Shown piece by piece: positions 31,523-46,575 of a stretch of 64,000 nucleotides of DNA; within the stretch, counting starts at the first letter, position 1; each line of letters opens with the position of its first letter. A model generated the notes under the pieces. It did no database searches. It was not told the DNA's origin and worked only from the letters and a program-made list of their open reading frames with translations. The DNA lies in assembly GCF_009914755.1 (NCBI RefSeq), contig NC_060941.1, one strand, 5' to 3'. Source of the DNA: the human T2T-CHM13v2.0 reference genome, Homo sapiens. The translations under genes and the position numbers were made by a program.

Positions 31523-32939
31523 ACAATTATTAATTTTTAAACCTGGTGAGAGATGCAAAAGATGTCTGCCCTTAAGGAATTTATAACTTGTTGAACCTAG
31601 AATACATATTTCCCTTCTTAGAACAAAAATCAAGCATCTTCTAATAAAAGTGGGAAGGTACAGGATGTAGCTAAAGCATTTCTGTCAGGGTTTTCCCACT
31701 GTCCCTTCCTGTTCATCACTGTCCCTTCCCGTTGACTCATTTCAACTTGGGATTCACTATGACCACTAGATCCTTTTCCTCTCTATTTCTCTTTAAGTCC
31801 ATTCTAACCACCTGGACATTATTTAATCCCAAATTCACAATGCCCACCTTCCCAATCTTTAACTGACTTGGTGAGCTATTAACAAGAGTTCTATTTGACC
31901 CAACAACTCACGGAGGAAAGAAGAGAACTTCACATTTGTGGGACTGGCCACAATATGCACTCAGGAGCTGTAGGACTAATGGCCACTCCTCAGAGAGTCC
32001 TTGGGGTAAGTGAGGCATAACAGAGAGGCTAACTATAGTAAGTAAGTGGGCTGAGCCTGGCCTGGTTGCTCTCAGCCTTTTCCGCCACTCATTTCCATCA
32101 AAAGACTGCCTTTAGGAGCAACGGAGGTTAATGAAGCTGTCCACAATGGGGCAGCCAGCGGTAGTGCGACTGAAGTGGAAATCATGTGAGTTAGGTGAAA
32201 AAGTACAAACTGGCCTGATTCAGGGAGCTGCCACCCAGCTGGAGAACAGGTGTTACCTCTCAGTGGGCAGAGCTGCACAAGGCCAGATCCTCTCCCTTCT
32301 TAGTCACGAAGGTGCCCTCTGGCTCCAAGGGGAGGAGAGGGAACCAGACCTCACTCCCCAGGCCTCAGACCCCCCATCTCTCTCCATGTCCTTCCCGCTG
32401 TGACCTCCTTCAACGGTATAATCACTCAGCCTGTTAGGCACTAAGTAGTAAAACTGGTCAACCTTTAAAACCACTTTTCATTACGAAGGCCCAAAAAAAG
32501 ATAAAAGATGAAATTTAATGGGGGGTGGGGGGAGCACAAGAGGGTGATTGAAAAAAACACAGATAATTTCTGGAATTGGATCTGTTAAGCCTTACACATT
32601 AGTCCCCGCCCTCGGAAGTAAGGGCCTGTCATTCTGTAAAGGGACGCAGCCACACGCAGAGAAGGTGGAGGTCTCCACCCCTTCCCTCTTCGTCCTCGCC
32701 TAGGAGGGACCGTGGTGCCAGTAAAACAGGGACTGGCTGGCCCAGAGCCTTGGGGATCCCCTCCTTTGTCTGGAACCCTCTGGCTCACCGCATCCTTCCT
32801 CGGGGCCGCATGGCCCTGCCCCACAAAGCAGGCGTGCTGGGGGCTGCTTGGCCAGGAAAGCGGACGCTTGCAGGGACCACGCTGCTGCCTCTCTTCTGCC
32901 CTTTTCCCCTTAGTTTTACAAGTTCCCTGTTCGTTCGTT

Positions 32940-33062
32940 CTTTCTCTCTCTCCTCTCTCTCTCTTTCTCTCTCCTCTCTCCCGTCTCTTTCTCTCCTTCT
33001 CCGTCACTCTCTTCCCTCCCTCTCTCCTCTCTCCTCTCTCTCCTCTCTCTCTCTCTCTCTCC
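32940..33062. repeat. (CT)n-rich tract
   Basis: Directly visible. Confidence 0.95.
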
Positions 33063-33095
33063 TGCGAGGAGCTTCAGATTTGTGGGTTGTTTTTA

Positions 33096-33669
<574 letters not shown>

Positions 33670-34798
33670 TTAGAACGCCTCAGTGCTTAGACATGAACAG
33701 TGAAGGGGACTGAAGATTGTTGGAACACGGTGCAGAACCCTCTTAGTCTCGTTTTGTTGCCTTATTATGTTCTATTTCAACTTTCAAAAAAAATTGCTGG
33801 CATTAGCATGTCGAAAAATTGGTGACATTAGAATGTCAAATTCTTTGAAGGATGGGGATTTTTGCATTCAGTTTTGTGTTCACCAAAATAAGCTAGCAGG
33901 AGATTCTGTGCAAGTTGACTTATAAGTATATGGTTTGCTGAAATCTTATGAGGAGAGGGAAATGTAAAGTAAATGAAGTGGAAATAAGTGGTTGTTATGG
34001 TTAGGAAAAGGCCATCGTAAGGCTTCATGGCTAGCATGCAGGCCACCGAAGTTCTATCCCAAACAGAAGGAAGCTCTTGTAGGATGGTGAGTTATGGTAG
34101 GGTTCTAGGAGGAGTGGGTGTCAGCCTTTTGGGAGGGGGAATGGAAGGGCTGGGAAGGGTGGGAGGAAGTGAATGAAGTTCCAAAGCCAGGAAGCTAGGC
34201 ACAACCCTGTGAGTAGTACCAATACCTAAGGATGGTTTCTCAGGGACACTCAGAAAAAAGAGCCCAGTCTCCTGAGAGCAAGCATGCAGCCCTATCCCCA
34301 CATTTTCCCCTGAACATGGTCCTGTCCACCAAATCAGGCCTGAGGATCCTGAAACACCTCCAGGCCCTGGGCCCTCACCCACTAGACAGCCCAGGAACCA
34401 GGAGCCTAGGCCTGAATAATGGGAAGCTCTGGTACTGGGCTTTATATTCCTGCATTTTCAACAGGAACAAGACTATGATGTGTGGGGTTTCACACCCTTT
34501 CTCCCTCCCTTTTCCTCTCAGAGCCACCTTTGTCTTTGCCAATTTGTCCCTGGGGTTTGGTGACACAGAGGCAGTGGCCAGAAAAGAGAGGCAGAATTGA
34601 AGTCGTGGTCATGGGGCTTTTGCTTCTGGACAAGGCTAAGATTTACTTGGATATGAACATAAAAATAAGGAGTTGCTAGAAGAGAAGAGCTGCGCTTTGG
34701 ATGGGTTTATTAAGAGTTGAGAGCGCGGAAGATGAGGCAGCTTTGGAAATCAGCTGCAGTAGCATGAAGGATACTGAGAATCATTTTAATAAAGACAA

Positions 34799-35061
34799 TT
34801 TTTTTTTAAGAGACAGGGTCTCGTGCTTTGGCCCAGGCTAGAGTGCAGTGGGGTGATCACAGCTCACTGAAGCCACAACTTCCTGGGCTCAAGCTGGGAC
34901 TACAGGCACGCACCACCATGCCCAGCACATTTTTAAAATTTTTTTGTAGAGACAAGGTCTCACTATTTGGCCCAGCTTGGTCTCAAACCCCTAGCCTCAA
35001 ATGATCCTCTCTCCTCAGCCTCCCAAAGTGCTGAGATTACAGGTGTGAGCCACTGTGCTCC
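34799..35061 (-). mobile_element. AluJ with internal deletion
   Basis: Reverse AluJ; gggctcaag joined directly to ctgggactac. Confidence 0.88.
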
Positions 35062-35599
35062 ACGGAGGATGAGGTTTATAAGGTGATTTCTGGTGCATCA
35101 AGAAGGTATTTTCCTCCCCTCCCTCTGACCTTCAGGGGCTTCTTGAGGGACCAAAACTTGGAAGGTACTTTCCATTGATCTTCTTCTGGAAGAAGGAGAG
35201 GGTCCAATAAAACCGCTGTTTATTTGAGTCAGCATCATGCACAGCCCAGGCCACACAGACCCACAGTTATATACTGATTACACATTCAACGCATGTGTGT
35301 TCTCAACACTGAAGAGGTAGTGGTAATGAAGGCAGCCATGGGGCTATAGTCCTAGACATTTTATTCCTTTAATATTTAAAGCAAACCTATCCAGCAAAAC
35401 AAAGGAGGCAAAACAAAACAACAACAACAAAAAAAACCCCTGCATGTCAGTGTTTAGAAAATATCCAGACTATATGTCTTTCCAATATTCATGGAAATCT
35501 TTGATCCAAGGTGATGTTGATGAGCCTGTGGGTGGGCTGGGAGTTTGTTGGTGGACCTACAAGGCTGTGGAGCACATGTCAATTCTCCCACCAGTCTCA

Positions 35600-35702
35600 G
35601 GCAGTGACGCCTACTGGTTTAGAGCACAGATTCTAGATCGAGACATTCCTGGGTTCAAATCCCAGCACTGTTGTTTCCTTCCTGTATAACTCAAGAAAGT
35701 CT
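35600..35702 (+). mobile_element. MIR 5' part (host of the PPIA retrocopy)
   Basis: tggtttagagcacagattct...cctgggttcaaatcccagc; continues at 38116-38265. Confidence 0.75.
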
Positions 35703-35744
35703 TGGCTTTTGCAGATACCACCGCCACCGGGAGCCCCATACTAT

Positions 35745-37088
35745 TGAGAGGTGACAGCGTGCTGGCAGTCCTCAGAGCCCCGCTTGCTCTCGGAACCTCC
35801 TCTGCCAGGGCTCCCACTTTGGCGGCACTTGAGGAGCCCTTCAGCCCACCACTGCACTGTGGGAGCCCCTTTCTGGGCTGGCCAAGGCTGGAGCCCACTC
35901 CCTCAGCTTGCAGGGAGGTGTGGAGGGAGAGGGGCGAGCGGGAACCGGGGCTGCCTAGGGCGCTTGCGGGCCAGCTGGAGTTCCGGGTGGGCGTGGGCTT
36001 GGCGGGCCCCGCACTCGGAGCAGCCGGCCAGCCCTGCTGGCCCCGGGCAATGAGCACCCGGGCCAGCGGCTGCGTACGGTGTACTGGGTCCCCCAGCAGT
36101 GCCAGCCCACCGGCGCTGTGCTCGATTTCTCACCGAGCCTTAGCTGCCTTCCTGCAGGGCAGGGCTCGGGACCTGCAGCCCGCCATGCCTGAGCCTCCCA
36201 CCCGCTCCATGGGCTCCTGTGCGGCCCAAGCCTCCCCGACGAGCGCCACCCCCTGCTCCACAGCGCCCAGTTCCATCGACCACCCAAGGGCTGAGGAGTG
36301 CGAGCGCACGGCGCAGGACTGGCAGGCAGCTCCACCTGCAGCCCCGGTGCGGGATCCACTAGGTGAAGCCAGCTGGGCTCCTGAGTCTGATGGGGACGTG
36401 GAGAGTCTTTATGTCTAGCTCAGGGATTGTAAATACACCAATCAGCACCCTGTGTTTAGCTCAAGGTTTGTGAGTGCACCAATCGACACTCTGTATCTAG
36501 CTGCTCTGGTGGGGCCTTGGAGAACCTTTATGTCTAGCTCAGGGATTATAAATACACCAATCAGCACCCTGTGTCTAGCTCAGGGTTTGTGAGTGCACCA
36601 GTCGACACTCTGTATCTAGCTGCTCTGGTGGGGCCTTGGAGAACCTTTATGTCTAGCTCAGGGATTGTAAACGCACCAGTCAGCGCCCTGACAAAACAGG
36701 CCACTGGGCTCTACCAATCAGCAGGATGTGGGTGGGGCCAAATAAGAGAATAAAAGCAGGCTGTGGGCGCCAGCAGTGGCAACCTGCTCAGGTCCCCTTC
36801 CACACTGCGGAAGCTTTGTTCTTTTGCTCTTTGCAGTAAATCTTGCTACTGCTCACTCTTTGGGTCCACGCTGCTTTTATGAGCTGTAACACTCACCGCA
36901 AAGGTCTGCAGCTTCACTCCTGAGTCAGCGAGACCACGAACCCACCAGAAGGAAGAAACTCCGAACACATCCGAACATCAGAAGGAACAAACTCCAGACG
37001 CGCGCCACCTTAAGAGCTGTAACACTCACCGCGAGGGTCCGCGGCTTCATTCTTGAAGTCAGTGAGACCAAGAACCCACTAGAACACA
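35745..37088 (+). mobile_element. Solo LTR12C-like (ERV9/HERV9) LTR
   Basis: Starts TGAGAGGTGACAGCGTGCTGGCAG; GC-rich U3 with CCAAT-containing tandem repeats; ends gagaccaagaaccca...CACA; 4-bp TSD CTAT at 35741-35744 and 37089-37092. Confidence 0.95.
36408..36680 (+). repeat. LTR12 U3 tandem enhancer repeats (about 40-bp subunits, about 119-bp higher-order unit)
   Basis: Recurring tctagctca.gg.ttgt.a...caccaatc units carrying NF-Y (CCAAT) motifs. Confidence 0.9.
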
Positions 37089-37788
37089 CTATCAGCCGTG
37101 GTCAACCCCACCATGTTCTTCAACATCGCCATCAACGGGGAGCCCTTGGGCCGCATCTCCTTTGAGCTGTTTGCAAACAAGATTCCAAAGACGGCAGAAA
37201 ACTTTCATGCTCTAAGCACTGGAGAGAAAGGATTTGGTTATAAGGGTTCCTGCTTTCACAGAATTATTCCAGAGTTTATGTGTCAGGGCGGTGACTTCAC
37301 ATGCCATAATGGCACTGGTGCCTCTACGGGGAGAAATTTGATGTCGAGGACTTCACCCTAAAGCATACAGGTCCTGACATCTTGTCCATGGCAAATGCAG
37401 GACCCGATACAAACGGTTCCTAATTTTTCATCTGCACTGCCAAGACAGCGTGGTTGAATGGGAAGCAGGTGGTCTCTGGCAAGGTGAGAGAAGGCATGAA
37501 TATTGTGAAGCCCATGGAGCGCTTTCGGTCCAGGAATGGCAAGACCAGCAAGAAGATCACCATTGCTGACTGGACAACTCTAATAAGTTTCACTTACGCT
37601 TTATCTTAACCACTGGACCATTCCTTCTGTAGCTCAGAGAGAGCACCCTCCACCCCATTTGCTCACACTATCCTGTCATCTTTGTGTTCTTGCTGCAGTT
37701 CCCTTTGGGTTCCATGTTTTCCTTGTTCCCTTCCATGCCTAGCTGGATTGTAGAGTTAAGTTTATGAATATGAAATAAAATCTAAATA

Positions 37789-38090
<302 letters not shown>

Positions 38091-38115
38091 CTAAATAACA
38101 AAAAAAAGAAAGTCT

Positions 38116-38265
38116 ATAGCCTCTTATGCCTCCATCGTATCTGTAAAGTGGGGATAAAAATAGTACCACTCCTTTCGAGTTCATGTAAGGAGTAAATGAA
38201 TGAGTAGGTGAAAGTGTTAGCATAGTGACTGCCATATTGTAATGTTTATTAAGTGTTAGTTACTA
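38116..38265 (+). mobile_element. MIR 3' part
   Basis: atctgtaaagtggggataaaaatagtacc...taaatga...aaagtgttagcatagtg. Confidence 0.75.
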
Positions 38266-39747
38266 GCCAGGCAAGGAGAATCATCTCTTGACATAGGCAG
38301 GCTCAGGACCTTTGTAAATACTTGTGGTCTGACCATTCAGTCAGATCAACCCAGAGGCCAAGCTGCATATGCGTCCCATGGACTGACTGCATCCCTAGGA
38401 GGTACTCCTCTGCTGGGTTGAAGGCATCTCTCAGTTGGTGAGGACTGGCTCCATGACCTCCACCTGACCCTGGTGTACTCTGATTCTCTTGCCCACCTCC
38501 CTCTAACAGCCACCCCACCTGCCCCTCACTGGAGATGAGAAAGGAAGGAAAAACAGAGCTGGGCTTCTGTGGTCTTTGTCCTGTCCCCAAAGCCCTCTGG
38601 AAGGAATAGAGAGAAATCATAGGATGAGGCTTTCTACTCAGACCCCATGTAACTGCCCGGCCAAAATGGGCCAAGGTAGGCAGCATCCCGCTCAGGTCCT
38701 GCAGATGCTCACACACCCTGCTCCCACCTGGCCAAGAGCACCCCTCCTGTTCCTCAGAGGACTGGGGAGTCCCAACTTCCAGTCGCTCTTCCCTTAGGAC
38801 TCACATGCCTTTGCTCCCCTCCCTGTGGCTTCGCTGGTGCTTCTCACCATACCCAAAGCTCCACCACCTTACTGAGTCACGCATTTACATTGTGCAGTAC
38901 TGCTCTGGGACCAGGAAAATGACCCACTAATAGCTTACAAACGAGCATGGGCCAAGGTATGGTTGTAATGTTTAAAAATACTTCTGGGTATTTCTGGATC
39001 TACTTCTTGGTCTTGTCTCTTATCGCTATTTCCTTCCCTGTGTTCCTCATGCCTCTAACGTGAAGAGCAACTTCACTGCAGCCCCAGCCTCTCCAGTGTC
39101 TAGACAGCACCCTGGTAAACTAGGGGCACTTGCCAGGGGGAAAGACCCCGATGAGTCACTGCACTGGGGACAGAAAATGTTCTGACTTCAGTTTTTATTT
39201 ATCTCATTTTTTAACTTCTATTTTGGGGTATGTTTTAGATTTACATGAAGGCACAGTAATAGCTGTTTACATTAGTAAATAAATATGCAGTTACTGAGGA
39301 TGCATGAGCAAATGTGGAAGGGCACAATTTTAAAGATTTGGCGGCCAAAGTCCTGGCCCACAGCGCCTGTCTGTCATTCTCTGATCTGGTTTCAGGGAGG
39401 TTTTCTTGCTATATCAGCTCCCAGGGTTGTCCTCCAACCAGAGTAATAAACACAACCTCTAACAGAGGGAGGCGCCTGGCACCAACCAACCAGTCAGAAG
39501 GACCTGGAGGCTCTGGGTTCAGCCCACATAAACCCCTTAGTTGCTGGACCAAGGGGAGGTGGTAGGGGGACAGCCCAGGGGACAGGACGCACTTGGGAGG
39601 CCTGGAGCAGCTGCTGGCTACAACTAGTCAGGAAATACTTTAGAAAGTTGACAGCCAGGAGTGCTGAATATCAGCGCTGACCGCACCTTCTTTCCAAGTG
39701 GTGGTTCCTACCAGCTGCACCTTTGCAAGTTTCTTGGTCTTTGCTTA

Positions 39748-39984
<237 letters not shown>

Positions 39985-40142
39985 CTAGTTCAGATCCTCC
40001 CCTATCAGGGAGACCCCTCTGATGCTCCAGGTTAGAAGGAAGTGCTCCTTCCCTGGCTCACATGGCATGCTCTCACTTGGCTCTTACTGTGCTCTAGCCT
40101 CACCCTGAAGGCAGACTGTAAGTTCCTTGAAGGGAGAAACTA

Positions 40143-40320
40143 TTATATTTCAACAAACCTAAGATGCCATGGTTGTAAAATGAATCATTGTTTCAAGTAC
40201 CTCTAAAAAAGAAAAGAACCTGCCAATGGGCTATGAGTGGTAAGACATACCCTGATTTCGGAGACGTTGACTTTTTTAAAAAAACAGCAAAAGTGCTACT
40301 TAGAATGAATGACATGTGGT
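40143..40320 (-). mobile_element. MER104/Tc2-like DNA transposon fossil
   Basis: gtaagacata.cctgatttc.gaga.gtt...cttagaat.aatga resembles the MER104 reverse strand. Confidence 0.45.
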
Positions 40321-40504
40321 GGCCAGCTGGCCTGTGTCTCTGCATCGCCCATGTCTAGAATTGTGTTTGATTTGCAGCAAGCATTCAGGAAATGTTTCTG
40401 TTTGCTTTTTTCGGGGTTCTAGTGAGGAGTTCCAGAGGAGGAAGTAGAGAAGAGAGCTGGGCTGGAGGAAGATGATGGTGAGACCCGAGGGACTAAGACT
40501 TGAG

Positions 40505-40765
40505 CTAACAAACAAATCAACAAGAAATAAGCAAACAACCACATAAAAAGTGGGCAAAGGACACGAACAGACACTTATCAACACAAGACGTACAAGCGGC
40601 CAATAAACATGAGAAAATGTTCACCATCACTAATTATCAGAGAGATGCAAGTCAAAACCTATGAGATACCATCTCACACCAGTCAGAATGGCTACTATTA
40701 AGTCAAAAAATACCAGACGTTGGCCAGTCTGGGGAGAAAAGGGAATGCTTATAAACGGCTGGTGA
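40505..40765 (+). mobile_element. L1PA/PB ORF2 C-terminal fragment
   Basis: aaaagtgggcaaaggacacgaacagacac...gagataccatctcacaccagtcagaatggct. Confidence 0.85.
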
Positions 40766-41008
40766 AAACAGCTGGCTAAGAGCCCAGTTACCTTAGTCAT
40801 AGTTCCAACTCTGCAATGGCCTGTATGTCACCAAAAAGCCACTAATTCCTCTATGATTACCCATATTAAATGAGACAATAGGATAATAATAACTACCATT
40901 TACCAAGTTCTAGCAACATGTCAGTGCTTTTATACATATTCATATATTTTCTTAAACAAACAGAAAAGCAGTTATCACTGGCCCTTTTTATTTTTAAAAA
41001 GATAATGG

Positions 41009-41390
<382 letters not shown>

Positions 41391-42199
41391 TCATAAATGT
41401 TAATCACAGGTACCCGGTCTACAGTAGAGAGGTTTTATGAAAATAAAATACAAGACCAAATTCAAAGAGCTTTAAAAACCACAGAGCCAGACAAATGTGA
41501 GAGGTTATTATGAGCAAACAATGACATTACAGAAGTGAAAGTGCTCAGTGCCATCAAGAACAAGGGCTCTATTTCACTCCCATGTGTCACCATAATAAAG
41601 ACAGAGTCCCTGATCTTAAAGGCATCAATTTTGCCCCACTGGAAGCCTTAATTGTAATTCATTAATACAGCAGCATCCTAAAAGTTACTGCCGTTTCTAG
41701 GAATCCAAACAACTGGTTTTAGGTCCTAAAGAATTTGAATCATTAAGAAATTTAAAGTACTAGTAGAGTTTCTGGGAGCCCTACAATTTTAGGTTTCTGC
41801 ATGGTTAAGAAACTGAAAGAGATGATTTCTTAATTGGTTCCATTTTCCCAGTTTTTTTTGTTCTAATCCAAGAATTGTTCCAGTCCTTATCCTTCCTTCA
41901 ATCAGAATGTCCCCAAGTTTATGGAATGGGCTTCCCTTGTCCCCACTCAATGGCTCAAGAATACCACTGTTATATATTTTTTCCTTTCAATTGTGTTTCG
42001 TGACTCTGGAAAAATACTGGATACTTTCAATATCTAATGTGATATGATCTCATGATAGTTTCATACTATTTTTGATATCTAATATGTAAAATTAAGTAAT
42101 CTGATAGTTCTAATGTTTACTTGCAGAGAAATTAATTATAGAAGTGCCAGGAAGATTCAAGGAATTGGAAATTATGGTTTAATTAGTGGGTATTTAGAA

Positions 42200-42370
42200 C
42201 AGCTCTTCTCAAAAATCACCTGGACAACTTGTTGAAACACAGGCTGCTGGGTCTCATCTCCACAGTTGCTGATTCAGTAGATCTGAGTGGGGCAGCATGA
42301 TTTGTACTTTTAATAACTCCCAGGGAATGGTGAAGGCTGCTTGTCCTGGGACCACACTTGAGAACCACTG
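42200..42370. mobile_element. MER5A
   Basis: cag..cttctcaaa...tgattcagtagatctg.gtgggg...ggaccacacttgagaaccactg. Confidence 0.85.
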
Positions 42371-45139
42371 ATTTACATGGTTATTGGAAGGACCAAGAAA
42401 GACAAACCACAGAGGCCTCCTCTTCTGTCTTTCTTGGGATGTGGGTTGCTCTGATGTTGAAGTGGATGGGGTTAGGAAGAGACTGGGAAAGACACTGTAA
42501 GCCAGGATGACAGGTTTCATTTGTAAAATCTTTACCAGAGTTTTCTTCTTTAATCCAGGCTTTATCTCGTGAGCAAGAAATCATGAGATCTAAAGTCCTT
42601 CTGGCAAGACCAGGCTCTAACTCTCTCCATATCACCCTGGGATCCCAAAAGGACCTTCCATAAGAAGACACAAAGGGGACAAGTCTACAGGGGGAATTCA
42701 CCAATACCAGTAACTATGACAACACTCAAACAATCCCTGCAATGTTCGAAGGTTCATAAGAAAGGAGAGTCTGTTGTCCCATCTGGTGAAATCCAGTCCC
42801 CAAGTGGAAAGCAATCTCTGTTGCCACAATCCCCAAACTACTAGAAGCCATGCTCTCTGCTTTGCATATTGCTGGCTTCACGAACATCATATATATATAT
42901 GTAAATTTTAAATAGCCGATAGAAGATCATTGATACATCTTTATTACAGATATATAGTTCAGATCAGGAAATATTAAGTTACCAACTCCTAAAGCAGCCA
43001 TTGTATTTCAAGCAAGTCAATCCTACTACCATGACCAAACCTAATTGGACCAAAGAAAGATGGCTGATTAAGGACTATGTCAAATCAAAAGGGAGATGAC
43101 CCATCCATCCCCATGGAGTCCCCCTGCTTGGGAAGGCTGAGGACATTTCACATATGGGCTATGTAGGACCTTAGGCAAATCCCCTCTCCTCCCTGGGCTT
43201 TAATTTCTTCTTCTAGAAAGCTAGGATGCTAGATTTCATTCTCTCAGAAGCACTTTTGGTTCTAACGGCCATAAACACAGTAACTTTCTGTTCTTTTGCA
43301 TGCCACTCCTGGGCCCCTTCTCTTTGTACTATGCGAGGAACTTGCCCCATCATCAGATTTGAGTGGGGGAGTATTGGGGGCTCCAGAAGGCCAGGAACAG
43401 TCCTTAGGAAGCCAAGGCAGACTTCAGAATATACGGTCAGACTCAAATGGCAAGGAGCTTAGACAATGTCACATTGTGGAGTTTAAAAACATGCATTTTT
43501 AAGAGCCTGGGCTTACTGAGTCAGCAATCTGGAACATTCTCAAGAGACTAAAAATATCCTGAAAGTGGACTGAATTTTAAACTAGGCTTTAAAAAACTTT
43601 CTATGTGAAAACAATTGAGTATTTCTTCTTTAAAACAGTTATCCGTTTTCTTTATTTAGATTTTCACAACTGGAATTGATAAGTATAGAGGAAGCTCCAG
43701 CCTGAGATGGGGGATTGAACGTCATGGTTGAAGGGCTGTCCAGTCCTAGCGTCGATAGCAAGGGACCAAGATTTATAACTTTAAATCTCTCAAGCCATCT
43801 AAAAAGCAAAGAGGTAAAATGCTTTCTCTTTTCTTTCTGACAGTTTGAGGATTCTCTTTCACAGCATCAAACAGCAGGACAAAGGGTTCTTTTCAACCAG
43901 GAGGTTAGTATCCACCAAATGCTTAGCTCTTGGCATTGCCTGGCTTTCCCCAGCAAGACATGAGCAGCAGATCTGTAAACAGTCTGAAACATCCAGTAAA
44001 ATGGATACCTGAGTCCCTAACTATCACCACCCCACCGGCTCCATGCAACCTTTCCCTAATTCACATTAAAATAACACAGAAACATAGAAAAGGCAGTGAA
44101 GTAAAGCCACTGTCTGAATCTCAGCATAGGGCAGAAGAAGCTGGATGTAGAAAGTGCTTTCCATGATTTTCTCAAGCATGCTCTGAATGCAGGGGCGGAC
44201 GGTGAGGGAGGCCCAGAGACCCAGGGCCTGTCACTAACCAGAAAACCACAGCATTGAGAAGCATCCTCCGCACGCTTCCAAGAGAACGTTCTTATCACCG
44301 TTCATGGGGTGCAGCTATTTACTCTGGGCTACTTGCTTAGGAGCAGAGGCTGGACTTTCAAGGTGAATATGGCCCATCAATCCGGCAGCAAACATACTTT
44401 TTAAAGCTAAGAATCTTCTTTCGAGTTGGAGCAGCCTTTTCAACTGTCCTGCCTCAGCTGGGACATAACAAAATACCATAGCCTGTGTGGCTTAAACAAA
44501 TCAAACGACAAGTAAGTAGGGACACTTCAAAAGAACAGGAAATGTTTCTAAACAGACACTCAATCTTTAAAAATGAATCTTAGGATTTCTGTTGTAACAT
44601 TAAACACATTACCTCTTTTCAACTTAGTACTGCATGTTAAAATGTTTGTAAGACCTATATAGCTTTCTGATTTATTTACTTGGTTAAAGAAGCGTGTGCA
44701 TGCTCTGGCATTTATTTATTACTTTTAAGAATGACAAAAAGGCTAAACTGTATGTGACAGAAAACAAACAGCATGAAAGAAAGGAAAAAAATGGAAATAA
44801 GGAGCACAAAATTCCAAAGGTCAGGGAAATAGGCAAGCTGACATCAGTGTGGCAGAGTATAATGTAGGCAATTTATGGCAAAACTGGTAAAACGGAGAGA
44901 GTTCTACAATGTAAACGATTGGGGTCAAAGATTAAACACATAAAATAATACAAAATCTTGCCATGTCAAAAAGGGTTCACTCTACTCAGCACTTGAGACC
45001 TCTCCTGTTACAAGGGCTACTTACAGGAAATACACATGAAACAAAAAGCCACAGAGGACAACACAGGTGTGAAACTGAGCAATGGGATCCAACCTGAGCC
45101 CCTTCTCTGGAGGATGAGACAACAGGGAAGTGCACATGG

Positions 45140-45625
45140 CTGTGGCAAACACCATGAGTGTGCCACCCAGATCCCCGCGGATCCCTTTTACAGGTTAGGG
45201 GCATCTTTCCCGAGCTTCAGTGTGCTTTAGGTTTCCAACAGCCCAGAAGTGCAACTCCTTTTTTCAGGATTGTCTTTGGGGTACCGGAAACACAGCTGCC
45301 AGAATACACAAGCCGGAGGTGGCTAGGGTGCCCATACCCACAGTGGGCATGGCCCTGAGTCGATGACTGACAGATGTGAGAGCAAGAAAGCCCTGCTCCC
45401 TGAGTCCCAGGGACAAAGGAAAAACGTGCAAAGGTATAACGTACACTCCAGAGTCTCCCTGTGCAATCCAGAACTTAGCCTGGAACCCCCTGGAACTTAA
45501 CCTAAAATTACACCCTCCTACCTGATGCTCCCCCAACTCAACTTTACTCTCATGGAACCAGAAATAAATCATTTGTGTAGGAATCCTCATGTAAGCGTCT
45601 GCTCCTGAGGACCTGACCTAAGACA
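45140..45625 (+). mobile_element. LTR16-like ERVL LTR
   Basis: tgtggcaaacacc...cccagatcccc start; aataaatca...aatcctcat...acctgacctaagaca end. Confidence 0.6.
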
Positions 45626-46030
45626 AGCACCCATGTGAACCAGGCACCGGGCCAGGCGCTGTTGGGGAATTAACCCCTCAGAGGGGAACCCTGCCTCCAC
45701 TCGGGAAACATACAGGCCCAGTTGGGAGCCTGAGACGTGAGCAATGAAAAATGAACTACACGAGATACGATTTTCATGCTGAAAAAGTACTTTGGATTCA
45801 GAGGAGAGTGCAAATACGGGTATCGTTATAAATTGTTTTTATTAGTGGAGAATCAGAACCCAGGAAGGCCAGGTGATAGAGGACAAGTCTCTGAACACCA
45901 CAGCCAAGGAATGGAGACCCTAATGATCCTAAATCCCAGCTTTCACCACGCGCTTCCCTTGCCCTAGGGTCTCCAAATGTCTTCTGGGTGGATTGCAGAC
46001 CCGAGCAAGATGAATGAATGATGGGCACAG

Positions 46031-46433
46031 TGATGGAGTTTGGATCTGTGTCCCTGCCTGTCTCATGTTGAAATGTAATCCCTAATGCTGGAGGTGGGGC
46101 CTGGTGTCAGGTGATTGGATCATGGGGGTGGCTTCTCATGAACGGTTAGCACCACCCCTAGTGCTGTTCTCCTGATGGAGTTACCATAAGATCTGGTTAT
46201 TTTAAAAGTGTGTGGCCTCCACCCACTCTCTCTGTCCTTCTCCTGCCAGGTAAGACGCGTGCTCCCCCTTTGCCTTCTGCCATGAGTAAAAGCTCCCTGA
46301 GGCCTCCCCAGAAGCAGATGTTCTCATGCTTCCTGTACAGCCTGCAGAACTATGAGCCAATTAAACCTCTTTTCTTTGTAAATTACCCAGTCTCAGGTAT
46401 GTCTTTAGAGCAATGAGAGAACAGACTAATACA
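46031..46433 (+). mobile_element. MSTB-like MaLR solo LTR
   Basis: MST consensus; 5-bp TSD CACAG at 46026-46030 and 46434-46438. Confidence 0.9.
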
Positions 46434-46575
46434 CACAGCGAGGCCAAAGGCCACCTGCCGCAGTGCACAGCCAGGAGGCGACAGCAAGAATGGAGAAGAA
46501 ATACAGGGGTTGGTTGTGAAGGAAATCTAAGGGACTTGGTAACGGATGTAACGGGGAGCAGGAAGAGATGGTTAG

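Noticed and set aside
35702-36418. 238-aa ORF, the longest in the window
   Set aside because: Starts at TTG and lies almost entirely within the GC-rich LTR12C U3, where stop-poor frames are expected; no domain recognised
36408-36680. CRISPR-like repeat array
   Set aside because: These are the known LTR12 U3 tandem repeats, with no unique spacers, in a human context
37098-37586. Functional full-length PPIA gene
   Set aside because: Intronless, start mutated, frameshifts and premature stops; annotated as a pseudogene
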